DNA from: a virus
Strand: one strand, 5' to 3'
Virus record (IMG/VR): IMGVR_UViG_3300025030_000050
Location: 49,350-113,349 of that record
DNA length: 64,000 bases
Shown here: positions 18,515-28,146 of the stretch, piece by piece
How the letters are laid out: each line of letters opens with the position of its first letter
Numbering within the stretch: the first letter of the stretch is position 1
The notes under the pieces: model-generated
Seen by the model: the letters and a program-made list of their open reading frames with translations, nothing else
Database searches by the model: none
Told to the model about the DNA's origin: nothing
Program-made: the position numbers and the translations under genes

Positions 18515-19306
18515 TTATAGGTTATTCAAAAACTCTTCAATTTCTTTATCTGTTTTATTTTGTTTCTTCAAAAGATAAAGACACTTATTTCTTTTTAATA
18601 GTTTATCAACATTTAAGCTTTTAACTGTTGATTCATGTGCTTGATGTAAAGTCAGTAGATCATCTCTTAAGATAAATCCTATCCCACTTTTTTCTACATC
18701 GTCCCTAAAGGCATCATCATCATAAGCATAGCCCTTACTAAATCTTTCATCAAATCCACCCATCTTTAAATAATTTTCTTTTGATAAACAACTACAAAAA
18801 TGATATCTCGCATTCCTAAATTTTGTATGTTGATACCAAGAATGATGTTCGTATTTAAAACTATCAAAGGAATCAGAGAATAATTTAAATTTGTGGATAT
18901 TCTCACAACCGCATACTATATAAGAATTTGGTTGATTGTCAAAGATCTTGTCAAACCCGGCCAGAATATTTTCTTTATGAAAAACTTCTGGATTTGTTAT
19001 GCAAATATATTCACCGCTCGCTTTAGAAACACCTAAATTAAATAATGGAGCGGGGTTATGATTATTGATAAAATTAGATTCTACCAACTTGATATCAATA
19101 TACTTATCGGCATTTTTAGTAAAAAACTTTAATATTTCTTTTAATTTATGGTGTTCTTTACCATCCTCTCTGTTTTTAACATCTTCAACAATTATTACTT
19201 CATAATCATCTCTATTTTTATAATGATGATAGTAAGACAACAATGTATTATGCAGCCATCCAGCCCTTTTTATATACGGGAATACTATTGAATATTTTTT
19301 ACTCAT
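18515..19306 (-). CDS. GT2/GT7C-like glycosyltransferase
   Basis: SIVFPY, EVIIVED, NLGV...GEYI, GGFDERF...YDDD, HQAH. Confidence 0.88.
   Translation of the reverse strand: MSKKYSIVFPYIKRAGWLHNTLLSYYHHYKNRDDYEVIIVEDVKNREDGKEHHKLKEILKFFTKNADKYIDIKLVESNFINNHNPAPLFNLGVSKASGEYICITNPEVFHKENILAGFDKIFDNQPNSYIVCGCENIHKFKLFSDSFDSFKYEHHSWYQHTKFRNARYHFCSCLSKENYLKMGGFDERFSKGYAYDDDAFRDDVEKSGIGFILRDDLLTLHQAHESTVKSLNVDKLLKRNKCLYLLKKQNKTDKEIEEFLNNL
19104..19131 (-). promoter_or_regulatory. sigma28/FliA-type promoter, intragenic
   Basis: TAAAGTTT-N12-GCCGATAA. Confidence 0.8.
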
Positions 19307-20123
19307 TAATACCAGCCATTAATTTTAGAAGAAAATTGTCAAAGGTTTCAATATTTTCTTGTGTTACAATATTTTCGTATTCACTAGTTTTTTCAGCACC
19401 AGCAAACCAATGAATACCAACCGTATTCTCAAATAAATTAGAGTGCTTGCCAAAAATTAATTCAATTTGTCTCCAGTCAAATGGATAGACAGTTGTAAAT
19501 GGAATATTATCAATTTTACATTCATGTTTTTCTGAAAAATCTTCAGTATTTTTTTTGTTATATTTAAAAAAAGAAGTAAATAAATCTCTCCCAATTGTTT
19601 GATATTGCAAATTATCTATTTTATTTATAGAGTTTACACACATATCAAACAATTGTTTAAAAAATTTATTATCCCCAGCACTTGCCAAAAATCCAATATT
19701 ATGACAATTATAGTGATAACAAATTAGAGTATCTTTATTTTCAAATTTATTAAAAATTTTATCTACAGAAGAAGTATAAAAAATATCAAAGTCTGACCAC
19801 AAGCCCCCAACAGATGAAAGCAAACTCAATCTTAATAAATCCGACTTATGAACTTCAGATATTTCTTTGGCTAATTTAAAATCAGTTTCAACCAAAGACA
19901 CATTTTTTATATTAGCCAAATCATCAAAATAGTCCTTCCCTACAGGGCAATATTTTTTTTGTTCAAACCCATCCCATTTAATTTCTTTATTAATATTTTT
20001 AGGATAGTAAACAAAAATTTGCCAATCCGGGTTTAATTTAGAAAAAGAAACAACTGTCAAATATTTCATATAAGACAATGGTTTATTTTTACCCCAATAT
20101 AGATGAATTTTCTTAGGTATCAT
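19299..20123 (-). CDS. GT32/OCH1-like DxD glycosyltransferase
   Basis: MIPKKIHLYW, KSDLLR, GGLWSDFD, YPFDW, GIHWF. Confidence 0.9.
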   Translation of the reverse strand: MIPKKIHLYWGKNKPLSYMKYLTVVSFSKLNPDWQIFVYYPKNINKEIKWDGFEQKKYCPVGKDYFDDLANIKNVSLVETDFKLAKEISEVHKSDLLRLSLLSSVGGLWSDFDIFYTSSVDKIFNKFENKDTLICYHYNCHNIGFLASAGDNKFFKQLFDMCVNSINKIDNLQYQTIGRDLFTSFFKYNKKNTEDFSEKHECKIDNIPFTTVYPFDWRQIELIFGKHSNLFENTVGIHWFAGAEKTSEYENIVTQENIETFDNFLLKLMAGINE

Positions 20124-20668
20124 TTATTCTCCCAAATCGCATACGTATTTTTGTCAATATTATCTGTAGATGTTTTAAACCCAAATTTTTTAAATACTCT
20201 ATCTGGTATAAAACATTTGTGCTCTTGATATTTGTTTATTCCAGTGCCTTTCCAATCTGAATCTGGAGAGTTCTCCATCCATTCAAATATATTATTTTTC
20301 TGACCCAACCAATTGATGTTAATATTGTCAAAGAAATGAGATGGTGTATAAATAATAACCTTTTTTCTAGCCATTCTTTTCATCTTTTTTATAAGATTAT
20401 AAGCTTCTTTAAAATCAAGATGCTCTAATATATCTAAGGCAATTACAACATCAATTGTGTTTATTCCAAATTCATATTTTGTTATATCGGCACAAATAGC
20501 ATTTACGCCCAGCAACTTAATTTTATTTATATAAGGCTCATATATATCAAATCCAACAAAAGATTTACACCTTAACCCCATAACCTCTTGCAATACCCCG
20601 CATCCAAGGCTTGAAACAGAATCGTTTCCAGTTATTTCTTTTTGAACTAAATCACCTAGCCAATTCAT
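20120..20668 (-). CDS. Class I SAM-dependent methyltransferase
   Basis: SLGCG, GFDI, DVVIALDILEHL, IIYTP. Confidence 0.88.
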   Translation of the reverse strand: MNWLGDLVQKEITGNDSVSSLGCGVLQEVMGLRCKSFVGFDIYEPYINKIKLLGVNAICADITKYEFGINTIDVVIALDILEHLDFKEAYNLIKKMKRMARKKVIIYTPSHFFDNININWLGQKNNIFEWMENSPDSDWKGTGINKYQEHKCFIPDRVFKKFGFKTSTDNIDKNTYAIWENK

Positions 20669-20676
20669 AGTAAGCC

Positions 20677-21738
20677 TTAAATAAAATTAATATGTTTTGG
20701 TTTATCTTTGATACAATAATTTATGAATTCATTTTTAGCTTTATAAAGACAAGGATTTTTACATCTCAGATCAGGATTATGAGATTTAAACATATTGATC
20801 TTGTCATCACTCATCCACAAATCTTTGAACGATTGATTTTTTATAGAACCAATCTTCCCTTTTTTATTATACGCAAGTGTACAGCAAGTATAGACATTAT
20901 AATCAGCCCCTACATAAGCAAGTAAATCTTTTGTAGGACAAAAATTATAGTCTTGAACTCCCTCAAACATGTCTTTCATTCTATCATTAAAAAGATTAAA
21001 AACAGTAAAATTATCATCAGATAGTTCTTGAGCTTTTTTAGCCAACTCAAAAGAATCTTCATATATGCCATCAAAATAAGAATAGCCATCTGGGGTAAAA
21101 GCAGCAGATATTCTAAAATTATCTACTCCAATTTCTTTAAATAATTTTGCTGCATCAAATATTTCTTTGTAATTATATTTGTTAACAACAAATCCTGCTC
21201 CTATAACACTATCTTTTTTGTATTTAACTAAATTTTTAATATTTTCAATAGTCCTGAAAAACATCTTTTTATTTACTTTTCTAAAAGATGAATATGTTTC
21301 TGGTGTAGCACAATCAACTGATATTCTAACCCAAGCTGAATCGCTTAAAATCTTACACAATTCATCATCTAACGCCATGCCATTTGAAACTAGAGCTAGT
21401 TCTAGTTTTCTATCTAATATATCTCTGAATATATTTTTAATTTTTGGGTGGACAAGAGGCTCTCCTCCTCCGGTTATTTGAATAGCTCTTACCCCCATAT
21501 CAACACAAGAATCTAACGTTTCAACAATTTTTTCATAAGAAAGTAAGTCTTTATCATTAAATATTTCATTTGATTTATTCCCCTTCAAGCGATACGCACA
21601 TGTTAAACAAGAATTGTTACACTTATTTGACGGAATAATCTGGACTTGCAATGGATTTGGTTGTTCTCCATCTTTAAACTGAATTAATTTGTCAAAGCTA
21701 TGAATAATTTTGTATGGTGAATATTCCTCTTTAATCAT
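20677..21738 (-). CDS. Radical SAM enzyme with SPASM/twitch domain
   Basis: CNNSCLTC, TGGGEPL, SNG, RISVD; C-terminal C...YTCC...IGS...W...C. Confidence 0.93.
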   Translation of the reverse strand: MIKEEYSPYKIIHSFDKLIQFKDGEQPNPLQVQIIPSNKCNNSCLTCAYRLKGNKSNEIFNDKDLLSYEKIVETLDSCVDMGVRAIQITGGGEPLVHPKIKNIFRDILDRKLELALVSNGMALDDELCKILSDSAWVRISVDCATPETYSSFRKVNKKMFFRTIENIKNLVKYKKDSVIGAGFVVNKYNYKEIFDAAKLFKEIGVDNFRISAAFTPDGYSYFDGIYEDSFELAKKAQELSDDNFTVFNLFNDRMKDMFEGVQDYNFCPTKDLLAYVGADYNVYTCCTLAYNKKGKIGSIKNQSFKDLWMSDDKINMFKSHNPDLRCKNPCLYKAKNEFINYCIKDKPKHINFI

Positions 21739-22364
21739 TTTTCTCCCCTATTCCAAATTGCCGAAAACTCTTTATCTACTTCAACTGTCCCCAAATGTTT
21801 ATTTGTACAACTCGTATCTATAAATATTTTATAGCCAGCTTGTTTAACTAAATTACAAAAATAAACGTCTTCACCAATATCGAATTGAATGTTAGGATCT
21901 GGATTTTTCATAAAAGAAAAATAAGGCTTTTTAATTTTGTTGAAAACATCCATATTAACTAATAAACATGCTGCGCCAACACTATCTACTTCAATTAACT
22001 CATTCTCTGGGACATTATCTATCGTTTTATAATTGTTTATCATACCATTAAAAGCACAGACTGAATATGGTGTAGTCCTCATAAAAGACAACCCAGATAC
22101 AATAGGTAAGTTGTGTGAAAGTAACTTAATTATTGTATCTGGGTTATGTCGATGGTCTACATCAAGAAAAAGTATGTGCGTACAGTTGTATTTTTGTGCG
22201 GCGTCAACTAATTGATTTCTCATTGATGCCAGTCCTTGATAACCACCAGCTCTAAAAAATACGTGATTATCAGGCTTGCGCATAGCCATGAACGATTCAA
22301 AAAATTCAACTGGTACTGTATTGTGTGTTAATGGCACTCCTATAGCTAATTTTACGTCTTTCAT
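21735..22364 (-). CDS. GT-A fold (GT2-like) glycosyltransferase, paralogue 2
   Basis: RNQLV, THILFLDVD, GAACLL, GEDVYFC, KHLG. Confidence 0.88.
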   Translation of the reverse strand: MKDVKLAIGVPLTHNTVPVEFFESFMAMRKPDNHVFFRAGGYQGLASMRNQLVDAAQKYNCTHILFLDVDHRHNPDTIIKLLSHNLPIVSGLSFMRTTPYSVCAFNGMINNYKTIDNVPENELIEVDSVGAACLLVNMDVFNKIKKPYFSFMKNPDPNIQFDIGEDVYFCNLVKQAGYKIFIDTSCTNKHLGTVEVDKEFSAIWNRGEK

Positions 22365-22395
22365 TTTTCTCCCGATAATGAATGTTTTATTTTTC

Positions 22396-22422
22396 TTATC
22401 GGAAAATTATAAAAAGACTTTA
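22396..22422 (-). promoter_or_regulatory. sigma28/FliA-type promoter heading the glycosyltransferase cassette
   Basis: TAAAGTCT-N11-TCCGATAA, 31 bp before the ATG. Confidence 0.75.
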
Positions 22423-22839
22423 ACTTTTTTGAATAACAACGTTAAATTCGATTGAGTAAACCCAAGATTCATCTTCTTCTATCCAAAACGGGCCAAATAT
22501 ATTCTTTAACCCCATTCTATGACTATTATATCCTGTTATAGATAATTTATAATTATTAAACTGAGTAATTAAATAGCCTAAAATCGTACCTGCTTCAGAA
22601 GAAGAATTTATTGTATTAGAATGAATATTAAATTGGCAAGTGATGTCATCAATCGCTTGTGTCTGATCAGAAACTGAATTAAAAAAACAGTCATAAGAAT
22701 GGTTAAATAAAAAATATCTAACAAATGGAAAGACTGGAACTTGTGGGGCCTTTACAAAATATAACCTGCTACCTATAGATGTATTAAAATTACTAGAAGC
22801 CGTTCCCCTTGAATAAATTGCAGTAGAAATAGAATTCAT
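22420..22839 (-). CDS. Tail terminator / tail completion protein (DUF3168-like)
   Basis: AIY...RLY...APQ...FPFV...QFNI pattern and position. Confidence 0.8.
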   Translation of the reverse strand: MNSISTAIYSRGTASSNFNTSIGSRLYFVKAPQVPVFPFVRYFLFNHSYDCFFNSVSDQTQAIDDITCQFNIHSNTINSSSEAGTILGYLITQFNNYKLSITGYNSHRMGLKNIFGPFWIEEDESWVYSIEFNVVIQKS

Positions 22840-23306
22840 TATTTTCCTAAATATTTTTTAAATATATTTAAAATTTCAGATGTATTTTGCTTTAACTGTG
22901 GTCTCAAAAATGGCCTTTTAGCAGAATACCATGTCAGGCCCAACTCATGTCTGACACCGTTATCATTTGTAGTTCCAACTCTCCCAAAAATTGCTTGGAT
23001 ATTGTTACCATAAATAATTGGGCTTATTTTGCTATCTCCACTTTCTGCCCCACCACTTTCTCCCCCAGATGTCACCCAAGAAATAGACCCGTTCAAATCA
23101 CCAGTATCTGGAGCAGGAGGAACACCAGGGACAGAAGCTTGATGCAAACCTTGTCCTGGGACTTTAGATGGCCACATTCTGCCCGTACCTTCAATCATAG
23201 AATCTCTAACATTAGCTGTCACGGCGACACAGCTTTCTTTAATTGCTTCTTCGCCAATAGTTTTAACAGCAGCCAAAACCTTGTCGTCAAACCAAACAGC
23301 TTTCAT
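22839..23306 (-). CDS. HK97 gp10-like neck protein
   Basis: HQAS.PG.PPAPDTGDL..SI, ELG, RPFLRP. Confidence 0.88.
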   Translation of the reverse strand: MKAVWFDDKVLAAVKTIGEEAIKESCVAVTANVRDSMIEGTGRMWPSKVPGQGLHQASVPGVPPAPDTGDLNGSISWVTSGGESGGAESGDSKISPIIYGNNIQAIFGRVGTTNDNGVRHELGLTWYSAKRPFLRPQLKQNTSEILNIFKKYLGK

Positions 23307-23620
23307 TCTACTTTCTTCAATTCTAATGATAGCGTAATATTCTTATTGGCGAGATTATCTACAAAATTTATTTGATATAATATACCATCACAAAATGCCC
23401 TATCTTTCTCTGTTACAACAATATCTTTTGGAAAATCACAGTTAAAATAATGCGTAGAAATAGTTTTTGTCGAATCGTTGACAAATCTTTCCCTGGCTTT
23501 AAAAGCAATAAGAGTCCCTTTTAAAGTCTTAATGCCATACCAAGACGTTGTGTAACCACCCATTCCATCAGAAACAGATGTCTGTCTATGTATTTCTAAT
23601 TTGACTTTATGGCCAACCAT
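23303..23620 (-). CDS. Head closure protein (SPP1 gp16-like)
   Basis: SDGMGG...W, STH, DR...YQI..VDN. Confidence 0.88.
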   Translation of the reverse strand: MVGHKVKLEIHRQTSVSDGMGGYTTSWYGIKTLKGTLIAFKARERFVNDSTKTISTHYFNCDFPKDIVVTEKDRAFCDGILYQINFVDNLANKNITLSLELKKVE

Positions 23621-23622
23621 TA

Positions 23623-24780
23623 CTATACCTTGCGTTTTTTATATCTTTCAAGAATCATTTTAGCTTCTTTTGGAAAATCTCCAGCTTCAAAAACAGATAA
23701 AACAGAATTATTACCAACCCTATATTGAGTTAGGCCAAACCCATCTTCATTCCTTCTATTGTAAAAATACTTCACCAATATTTTTACCGCCAGTTGCAAA
23801 TTTTTCGGCATATTGTCAGCAGAATACCCAGCAGTATAATCAACATAGATATTTCTAAAACCTTCTGGCCATCCACCAAATTTCCGAATTTGAGCTTTAT
23901 CTAAATCAACATAAAAACTATCTTCATGATCGTCTGTTTTATATAAATCAACCCAATTACTGTCTATCACATTTAGCCCATACACAGGAATCAATTCTGT
24001 GGACTTAACGCTACCGTAGACAGACGAAAGAATTTCTGCTTCCCATCCATTGCCTAAGGCGTTAATCGCGGCTACAACAGCCGTTACAGTAGTATTAGAG
24101 GCAAATGTAACAGAAGTATCGGCAGTACCATCTAAAACAAGTCTTAACCCAGTTGTAGTAACAGAGACAGTTGCTGTTGATGTTGAGTTAGTGTTTCTGA
24201 CTTTCATTACTCCAATTATCCATACCGCAACTCTATCTACTGCTGTTATGGGATAATTGTTTAAATTAATTATAGAACCGCCGCTACTATCGTACCTTTC
24301 CAATCTATAACTTGTTTCTTCAAATACGCGTCTACAATAATCAGAAACAAGTCCTTCAACATCTTCTCTGATTATATCAACTATCAGAGTTGGATCTCCG
24401 GCTTCAATATCTGAGACTATAGTTTGAGCCGCACTTTTATTGCTATCAAGTCCAAGTGTAAGTCCGGCGTCAGAACTTGTATGAGTATAAGCAATTGTCT
24501 TGCCCGTTCCAGCATTTATAGTAAAAAGTCTTGTTGTAGAAGAATATGATACAGCAAATGTTATTACACCTGTGCCGGTCAAAGTAGTGTTTGCGTTCAT
24601 TTGAGTCTGAAGATGAGAGGCTAGCCCAGATCCATCATATGTACCATCACTCAAATCTATATTTACTGGACCACCACTAGAACTAGTAAGATTAAGAGTG
24701 TTATTCGCTTTAGTTATTGTAAAATATCCTTTATCAATATCTAAAAATGTAAGACAATCATCTAAACTTACAATGGCCAT
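23623..24780 (-). CDS. Head-tail connector (gp6/gp15-like) with two inserted beta-rich domains
   Basis: IVSLDD..FL, YCRR.F, YPITAV, VDYTAGY, P..LQLAV...YNRR core split by Thr/Ser/Gly-rich inserts. Confidence 0.8.
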   Translation of the reverse strand: MAIVSLDDCLTFLDIDKGYFTITKANNTLNLTSSSGGPVNIDLSDGTYDGSGLASHLQTQMNANTTLTGTGVITFAVSYSSTTRLFTINAGTGKTIAYTHTSSDAGLTLGLDSNKSAAQTIVSDIEAGDPTLIVDIIREDVEGLVSDYCRRVFEETSYRLERYDSSGGSIINLNNYPITAVDRVAVWIIGVMKVRNTNSTSTATVSVTTTGLRLVLDGTADTSVTFASNTTVTAVVAAINALGNGWEAEILSSVYGSVKSTELIPVYGLNVIDSNWVDLYKTDDHEDSFYVDLDKAQIRKFGGWPEGFRNIYVDYTAGYSADNMPKNLQLAVKILVKYFYNRRNEDGFGLTQYRVGNNSVLSVFEAGDFPKEAKMILERYKKRKV

Positions 24781-24792
24781 AATTTTACCTAA

Positions 24793-25107
24793 TTATTCTT
24801 GATCTACAAATTTATTATAAAGACTCATGTGCTCTTCAGTCAAAAAATCTTTTTCTTTACAAACTTTTAATCTGCCTTTAATTATATTTAAAACATTTTT
24901 AGGAATATAAAATTCTTTTTCAGAATCATTAGTCCATTTAACTTCTCCATCTTCTTGATGGGTTATTGAGTACAAGTCATGCTCATCTTCAGTAAAAGAC
25001 AAATATCTTAGACAATCTTGATACATACCATAAATAGTCATGTCCACTTCTTGAGGCAATAAATTTAAAAGCAAGATCCTATCAAAAACACTCAACTTAA
25101 TCAACAT
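24793..25107 (-). CDS. Hypothetical phage protein
   Basis: ORF with GGGAG RBS. Confidence 0.75.
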   Translation of the reverse strand: MLIKLSVFDRILLLNLLPQEVDMTIYGMYQDCLRYLSFTEDEHDLYSITHQEDGEVKWTNDSEKEFYIPKNVLNIIKGRLKVCKEKDFLTEEHMSLYNKFVDQE

Positions 25108-25128
25108 TTAAATCTCTCCCGTCTAAAG

Positions 25129-25521
25129 TTATGGCGAAACTGAAATCGTGACTTTCTTTTCAGGGTTAACGTAGAAATTGATTGGCTTAATGATACGGTC
25201 ATGAGCCACCCATTTTACCTCAGTTGAATAATCACTTTCGTAACCATAGACATCATAAGCTGTGGCGGCGAAATAATAGGTTGTTCCAACAACAAGATCC
25301 CCTACTGAGCCCTCAACATGACCATCCACCATTGTGCCCATTTTCTGGTCAACATCTAAAGTGTATTTTTTTGACGCTGTGCCATAGTAGATCTTATACC
25401 CGGCAAGGCTGGTCTCTGCATTTGGAGACCAAGAGAACCTTGCCTCGGCAGCAAAAGCATAACTGGATAAGAATAAAACAAAAATAGTCGCAAAACAAAT
25501 TTTCTTTAACATAATTTTCAC
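25129..25521 (-). CDS. Secreted fibronectin type III domain protein
   Basis: Signal peptide ending AFA; W.PN.E..LAGYKIYYG, GTTYYFAATAYD..G.ES.YS. Confidence 0.88.
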   Translation of the reverse strand: MKIMLKKICFATIFVLFLSSYAFAAEARFSWSPNAETSLAGYKIYYGTASKKYTLDVDQKMGTMVDGHVEGSVGDLVVGTTYYFAATAYDVYGYESDYSTEVKWVAHDRIIKPINFYVNPEKKVTISVSP

Positions 25522-26138
25522 CTTGGATTAAATCTCTCCCAATATGTTTGATCTATTTCAATTGTACCTAAATGTTTGTTATCACAACCGGTATCACAAT
25601 ATATTTTATATCCAGCCTGTTTAGCCTTTAAACAAAATGCAAAATCTTCACTTACAACACCGTCGCCAAACCTATAATTCATTTCGAACCAAGGATAATT
25701 AATTTCTTTAAAAACACTGACATCAACCAATAATGAAGCAGCTCCAATAGCATCTACTTCAATTAATTCATTTTTATTCCATTGTATTATATTCTTGAAT
25801 TTATCACCATCTTGTTCGAATATAATTGGGTCATATGGATAAGAACGCCTAAAAGATAAACCAGATACAATATCTTTATCATGTGACAATAATTTAAGGA
25901 TGGTATCGGAATGATGTCTATGATCTGTATCAAGGAACAATATATGGCTAAATGTCCCATCTTTAAGAACGGCATGAATTATTGAATTTCGTTGATCGTC
26001 TACTCTTCCCCTATTCCCAATTATTACACTATGTTGGGGTTTCTTCAACTCTATCCATGATTCAAAAAATTTGGTCGATAAAAAATCCCAGTTGCAAGGA
26101 AGACCAATGGCGATGTTAATATTACCCATTACAAACAC
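25518..26138 (-). CDS. GT-A fold (GT2-like) glycosyltransferase, paralogue 1 (likely start 26129)
   Basis: SHILFLDTD, GAASLL, SEDFAFC, KHLG. Confidence 0.88.
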   Translation of the reverse strand: MFVMGNINIAIGLPCNWDFLSTKFFESWIELKKPQHSVIIGNRGRVDDQRNSIIHAVLKDGTFSHILFLDTDHRHHSDTILKLLSHDKDIVSGLSFRRSYPYDPIIFEQDGDKFKNIIQWNKNELIEVDAIGAASLLVDVSVFKEINYPWFEMNYRFGDGVVSEDFAFCLKAKQAGYKIYCDTGCDNKHLGTIEIDQTYWERFNPR

Positions 26139-26875
26139 CAGCTAATTGCTAGTTCCGGGAAGTTTAATTTATGAGGCAATCCTTCTCTTATAATAAATTT
26201 ATCTCTTGCTAATGCTGCATCTTTAGCAGTTTTAAATGTTGTTTTGTTAAATACTGTCTTCCCATCATTTCTTACAATTGCAGAAAAAGATTTTCTCTCC
26301 GGTTTATAAGACACCCCACAATATCCAGAAGTGTTATTCGACTGTAATAATCTTTTATTAAATCCATTCTCTCTTATAGTTATAAATCTACAATTCCAAG
26401 GAGCATAAGGACCATCATTATCGATTCGATCTAATTGAAGACCTTCTTCCCATCCATTATTTAAACACCAATCATTAAACACGGGGAATTCAAACACCCA
26501 TTCACTACATACATAAATTCCACGCCCACCATAACTGTCATACGATCCATTATTCACATTTGAACATCTACTATTGATATGTTTCCAAAGTGAATAAATT
26601 TTATTCCTTGATTTTCTTCCACCCATCCCATGAATTGTGGATCTCTCTACTAATTTCTCTATTTTAAGACAGCCGCAAGATTGTGATTTCCCACTCCTCA
26701 AAACTTGTAAATTAACTAATTTAATTGTCTCTTTATCACATAAACATTTTACAACGACTAGCCTACCTTGCCTCTGACTATATGGCAAATCAGCATAAAT
26801 TACAACCCATCTTCCATAAACGCATCCCAAAACATATTCTTTTACATTATTACTCATAGTATTCCTCCTATACAA
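26129..26875 (-). CDS. HNH homing endonuclease with AP2-like C-terminus (likely start 26857)
   Basis: SQSCGC, YGGRGI.VC.EW, LDRIDNDGPY.P.NCR, NTSGY.GV, AA.ARD. Confidence 0.92.
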   Translation of the reverse strand: MYRRNTMSNNVKEYVLGCVYGRWVVIYADLPYSQRQGRLVVVKCLCDKETIKLVNLQVLRSGKSQSCGCLKIEKLVERSTIHGMGGRKSRNKIYSLWKHINSRCSNVNNGSYDSYGGRGIYVCSEWVFEFPVFNDWCLNNGWEEGLQLDRIDNDGPYAPWNCRFITIRENGFNKRLLQSNNTSGYCGVSYKPERKSFSAIVRNDGKTVFNKTTFKTAKDAALARDKFIIREGLPHKLNFPELAISWCL

Positions 26876-26882
26876 TCCATAA

Positions 26883-26943
26883 TATATTGAGAGAAGAGGT
26901 GGATTAAATCTCTTGTCGGGTGCGCTCCCTATCCCTCAATATA
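26883..26943 (-). ncRNA. Putative three-way-junction cis RNA element, copy B
   Basis: P1 TATATTGAGGGA/TCTCTCAATATA, TA, P2 GGG/CCC, GACA, P3 AGAG/CTCT. Confidence 0.55.
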
Positions 26944-26951
26944 ACTATATT

Positions 26952-27269
26952 CTAACTTGCGTAAACCACTAATCCTTTGATTACATGGAGATTTGTTACG
27001 GCACCACTGGCAAAATCAGCACCAGCAGTTGAACCGACTGTATAGGCTGCTACATTTAAACTTGTCCCCATATCGGCTGAACCCACCACGATCAGTTTAT
27101 CAGCGGACTGATCCCAAAGCATGTATTTGCCAGTAGTATCGCCATAACATTTAAAATCCAAACCAGTAGCGTCTTCCCCTAAAACAATACCAGTTGTTGC
27201 ACCAGTACCTACTTTCTTAAAAATTAGGCTTCCACTTGACCATTCTGATTTAACTAAAGTAACGGGCAT
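26952..27269 (-). CDS. Probable virion head-associated protein
   Basis: Gly/Thr-rich, strong AGGAGG RBS, located in the head module. Confidence 0.65.
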   Translation of the reverse strand: MPVTLVKSEWSSGSLIFKKVGTGATTGIVLGEDATGLDFKCYGDTTGKYMLWDQSADKLIVVGSADMGTSLNVAAYTVGSTAGADFASGAVTNLHVIKGLVVYAS

Positions 27270-27320
27270 AATTATATCCTCCTAATCCATACAAATGTTT
27301 ATCAGCGGTGGTTCCGCATT

Positions 27321-27542
27321 CTACTTCTTATTCTTGCCTTTCTTAACTTTTGGGTCTTTTACCATCTTATCTTTTATCGGAAAGTCTAACGACTTATTCT
27401 CTATTTTAGAATCGAGAATAACAACGATACCTTTACTTTCCAAATCCAATGCTTTCTGTTTTAATATAGTCATTTTCATTGGGGCTTTATTCCCCATCCA
27501 CTCCCCAATGAATTCTACTTTTACATATTCTAATTTATTCAT
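27321..27542 (-). CDS. Small basic protein in the head module
   Basis: Lys-rich, ends KDKMVK; GGGAG RBS. Confidence 0.7.
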   Translation of the reverse strand: MNKLEYVKVEFIGEWMGNKAPMKMTILKQKALDLESKGIVVILDSKIENKSLDFPIKDKMVKDPKVKKGKNKK

Positions 27543-27559
27543 TTTCTCCCTGCTTTAAA

Positions 27560-27592
27560 GACAAAGCTTGAGTGAAATATCTCAAGCTTTGT
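27560..27592 (-). terminator. Terminator-like hairpin after the capsid-decoration gene
   Basis: ACAAAGCTTGAG-8 nt-CTCAAGCTTTGT followed by CTTT. Confidence 0.7.
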
Positions 27593-27605
27593 TTAAATCA
27601 ATAAA

Positions 27606-28091
27606 TTAAACAATGGCTGTTGGTTTTACTTCTTGGATAATCTTACCACCACCAAGAATACATACAATTGTCCCATCTACTGGGTCATCAGTAGTTTCAT
27701 CAGTGGCGAGCCTTGCATATTTATCAGTACCAGAAAGTCTAGAACTATCGATCTCAATCGCATAAATTTGGTCGCTACCAGCAGTAGTTGTGAACCCATA
27801 CGCAGTAGCTGTCTGCATATCAGACCAAGTATCACCACTAGTACAAGTCCAATAATTAAATGCTACAGTTGTCGCAGTTGAAGGCGTAACATCATCACAA
27901 CTTTCAACACTGATACGTGCAACACCAGTAGAACCAGCCGCTTTTTGAATTACCCAAAGACACTGTTCGTATTTGCCAAGATTAACAATATCCGTATTAG
28001 GACTACCATTAAACAAATCCTCATAAGCTGCTTGACTAGCACTAGGCATGGCGTTTACAACATGAACATTCTGAAAAAGTCTTCCACCCAT
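27606..28091 (-). CDS. Capsid decoration/cement protein
   Basis: Directly after MCP; beta-rich; GGAGG RBS. Confidence 0.65.
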   Translation of the reverse strand: MGGRLFQNVHVVNAMPSASQAAYEDLFNGSPNTDIVNLGKYEQCLWVIQKAAGSTGVARISVESCDDVTPSTATTVAFNYWTCTSGDTWSDMQTATAYGFTTTAGSDQIYAIEIDSSRLSGTDKYARLATDETTDDPVDGTIVCILGGGKIIQEVKPTAIV

Positions 28092-28146
28092 AATTTATAC
28101 CTCCATATTTATATTATAAAATTATACCCCCTACGATATTAATAAA

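Noticed and set aside
27270-27320. Hammerhead-like CTGATAA next to a GCGG/CCGC hairpin
   Set aside because: Core deviates from CUGANGA and there is no GAAA/stem III
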